A DNA stretch of 38,683 nucleotides. It comes from Fonticula alba ATCC 38817. Its lineage: Eukaryota > Protista > Nucleariida. A program made the translations under genes and the position numbers. The notes beneath the pieces were generated by a model that saw nothing but the letters and a program-made list of their open reading frames with translations, had not been told where the DNA came from and did not search any database. Of the stretch, positions 35,266-38,683 are shown in pieces; position 1 is the first letter of the stretch; each line of letters starts with the position of its first letter. Location of the stretch: assembly GCA_000388065.2 (NCBI GenBank), contig KB932205.1, one strand, 5' to 3'.

Positions 35266-37218
35266 CGCGAAGAATCGCCCCGGCCGAGCCCATCGCCCCC
35301 GGGCGCAGGGGCCCGCCTGCGGTCGGCTTCCTGAGTTGTCCTGTCCCAAGGGGCGGTGCTGGCCGCCTCCCTGGGGGGCCATGCTCTCCGCATGCCGCCC
35401 CTCGGGGATGATGCCCTTGCTTTCTTTCTTTCTGTCTCTCTCTCTCTCTCTCTCGCCCCCGTGCGACTCCACTTCCGAGGATCGGGGGTCTGCACCCTGC
35501 GAGATGTGTTCGGAGGCGACCCACGGCACCCGGGGCCGGGCGAAGGGCAGGGAGTGGAGGAGTACTATGGCGTGCCCGGCTGCATGTACGCCCGGGTGCA
35601 GGACCACACATGCGGCGCGCGCATGTCGGCTCGCGAGAGCACGCAGACACAAACATCCAGCCAACCGGATGCACTTCCCCCGAGAGGGAGAGAGAGAGAG
35701 ATAGCGAGGGAGAGCGCGATCCTCACAGAAGTCGAGTGAGTGAACAGAATGGCAGGATGCCTCGAGGTGGCCACCCTGGCGCCAAGACCCAAGGCGATGA
35801 GACCTGGCCGTTACTGGCCGTCTGCCGCGCGTCCGGACAACTCGCCTGTGGGCGCGCGCACAGGGCGGGAAAGTCAGCAGCGGGCGGGAAAAGACCCGCC
35901 GGCGATGGGGCCCCGGTGGAAGACGGCCTTGGCGATCGGTCCTCATGTCAGCAGGGCCACTGAGGCGCCACACCCTGGACATCTAGGCCGAACCCGCCGG
36001 TGGGGGGCCATTGTATGAGAGCCAATGTGCCTGTTCGCGCGCTGGCAGCCGTGTGGGCACACAGCCGCAAGCGTGGGAGTCCGGCTCGGTGCGCACATTG
36101 TCGCGACGAGGGGCCGAGCCACAGGGGACATGGCAGCCGGGGGGCCGGGGGTGATGGTCGCCTCAGAGTTGCCTCCTGCCCGTGCCCCTTGCCCAACGAA
36201 CATCCCTCCCCGGGAGGGTGCGTGACTCGGCCAAGTGTCCAGGTGCGTCAAAGACACAACGCGCCCGATTGACGCGGCCTCTCATCGACAAGGCAAGAGG
36301 CCTCTCAGGACAGAGGACATCGTCCTTCTCGGACCCTCCCCATGCCACCCGGGGCCCCAACAAGCGTTTCCTCCCTCGTTTCCTCCCAGGGTGCATGCTG
36401 CTGCCGGCCAAGGGATCGAGGGATCTTGGTGGCGGGGGGCCTGGGCATGTGAACTTCACCTACGGGACAATGTCCGGAGTTGGGGGGGGGGGGGGGGCAG
36501 GGGACCTTGCAGGGCGATTGGGCGGGCTTTCCCCGGTCTCAGGGTAAAATGCCCGCGCAAGATCCCAGAATGACCAGTTGGGGGCCAATTCTAGTGGGCG
36601 CGCGCGCGCACCGGCGTTCCCCGTCCTGAGACCGGGTGGATGCCCTAAATCCCGTAAATGAGGAGGCATGCGGGCTGGTTCTTCCGTTAGCGAGAGAGGG
36701 GCGGGCGCTCGAGCGCGCAATCTAATAATGCCAGGACCGCCCGCGCGCGCGCGCGCTGGCTCGCTCATGAAAGAATAACAACATGGCTCCCAGGCGGCCG
36801 GGCCAGGGGTGGCCTTTCCCCCCGGGCGGGGGAGGGGGAAAAAATACAACCCATCCTCGCGGTGGGCGGCAGCAATACAAGGGCGCCACCTCGCGAAGGG
36901 GCGGGCACCCGCATGCAAGGTGCGCAACAATGTGCGCGTGCACGCTGGATTCGGGCACACAACCGGCCCTTGGCCGGACCACTTCCTCGTACCTGCCATC
37001 GCCCCGGCGGGGGAGAAGCTCCGCGCCAATGTCGGTATTGGGACTGGCGTCCAGAGGGGGAGAGGGCCGGCAGGCATACCCGGAGAGCCTCCCCCCCTCT
37101 CCACCAATAAACATATAAAACACAGGGGACTTTTCAATTGGGCATTTTTCGTGTCATCTCCCATGATGCTCGAGAAGTGTGCCCCTCTCTGCTCCTGGAT
37201 TTGCGGGCATACGGGGAA

Positions 37219-37305
37219 GTGTCTGTCTGTCTGTCTGTCGGTCGGTCGGTCTGTCTGTCTGTCTGTCCGGCTAGCTGGCTGTCTGCTTGTCTGTGTGTGT
37301 GTGTG
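37219..37305 (+). repeat. Compound (GTCT)n/(GTCG)n/(GT)n microsatellite
   Basis: Direct reading of the sequence. Confidence 0.85.
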
Positions 37306-38683
37306 AGACAAGTACAAGCCGCCTCGAGTTGGCTGATCGGCTCCCGCGGGCATGCTGGCGGGAAAGGGCCACCCCCCTCCACTGCCGCCGCCGGCTCACC
37401 AGTTCCACCAATCACAAAGCCCAGATTTTGGCGGCCGTCGCGTCGTTGGCGTGGGTCGGGGATAGGGCCGCGGTTTCCCACCGGAGCTTCGCCGGTCCAT
37501 CTTCAACTGGGACAGGCTGGCTGCCAGGCGAGCGAGCTGCGAGCGGGGGATGGGTGGGGGTGGGGGTGGGGTGGGGGGGGGGCGAGCGAGGGAACCCAGT
37601 TCCGGCAAACAAACTCACCGCAGGGCGCCTCATCTTCGTGCTTATCTCCGGGACTATCTAGCCTTCAATTGTGTTTGCCCATCTTTGTCGCCCTGTTCGG
37701 CACCTCGGCATACAGGGAACCCACTCCTCTTAGCCAGTCACCCCCGCCAGAATAAAGACACACACACACACACACACGCAGCCGGGCATGCAGGTCGCGC
37801 TCATCCATGGTCCGGACCGAGAGACCATGCAGCAGCGCACTGCTTTCTCTCACCCGGATGATGGCGTTGCTCCTCTTGTCCGGTATATGCGCTGGGGCTT
37901 GAGACTACGCACACTTGTCCACGCACCCATCTGCCACCACAGGTCCAATAGGGGGGCCGTTCTCCGGTCGCCGTGGCTGCGGCCAGTGCATCCCCTCCCC
38001 CCCCCCTCAACGAAGTGGGATTCCTGACCAGGGGCGAGATCGGGAGCCGCAAAAGAAAAACAACCCAAGGAATAACAAGAAAATCGCCGTGCCCTTCTGT
38101 CTCGCCCTCTTTCCAGTTTCCTCCCCTGCCTCTGTCTCGTGCATGTGTGTACGCGGGTGCGCGTGCGAAAAAAAAAAGGAAGAAAAAAGGAAAAAAGAAA
38201 ACGGCCCCTCGGACTCGCGGTGGACATGCACGTCCCACCGTAAAAGTGTGGGAACGCCCCAAATCCAGGGTTCGACACAAGAACGAGACGCCCCTGGAGG
38301 CCTGAAGGACGCGGGGCCGATGGCCCGCTGCCGTACGGGGTTCGCCCATAACCCCCCGCGAGTTCGGCCATCTGGTACCGGGCGTTTCAGCAGTGGCCGA
38401 TGCACGTGTACGCATCCAAATCACGCCGGGAATCACGAACATAGGAATACCATTCCGATAGATTGGCACTTGGACCTTCCATGCGGCTGCCGTCGTGCGC
38501 CAAGGGTTGTCATCTTCACCGACCCACGCTGGTGCGTGCCCTCCCGCCAGGCTCTCCGGTCTGTTGCTCCTGTTGTTGGCAAAGTGGCGGAGACACTCTT
38601 ACACAGGGCCCATCGTACCGTGGCCCCTCGCGACCGGCGCCTGGACCGTCCCCCTTCCCCCCCCCCCCCCCCCCCCCCCCCCC

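Noticed and set aside
38220-38285. GGTTCGAC T-loop-like motif with a small upstream hairpin
   Set aside because: There is no complementary T-stem or acceptor stem.

Overview
This is a GC-rich, intron-rich eukaryotic draft sequence with 7 N-gaps and long G/C homopolymers. Introns are canonical GT-AG with a donor consensus close to GTRCGY. The style suggests a protist opisthokont such as Fonticula, but that is an inference. I hand-spliced 11 protein-coding genes with phase-consistent junctions: TCERG1-like (-, 3' end off window), RPB3/POLR2C (+), RPLP2 (-), RPS28 (+), SSRP1/Pob3 (-), RRN3 (+), an APD-type two-TM membrane protein lacking the RING (-), METTL2/Trm140 (-), LIPT2/LipB (-), COX19 (+) and a Tousled-like kinase (-). 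I found no tRNA, rRNA, CRISPR array or mobile element, and no convincing novel multi-gene system. The best leads are the RING-less APD-like protein, four head-to-head gene pairs with matching functions, a Gly/Met/Tyr-rich N-terminal extension on RPB3, an orphan WASHC3-like peptide next to a 61-G run, and an array of CDK-consensus motifs in the TLK N-terminus.
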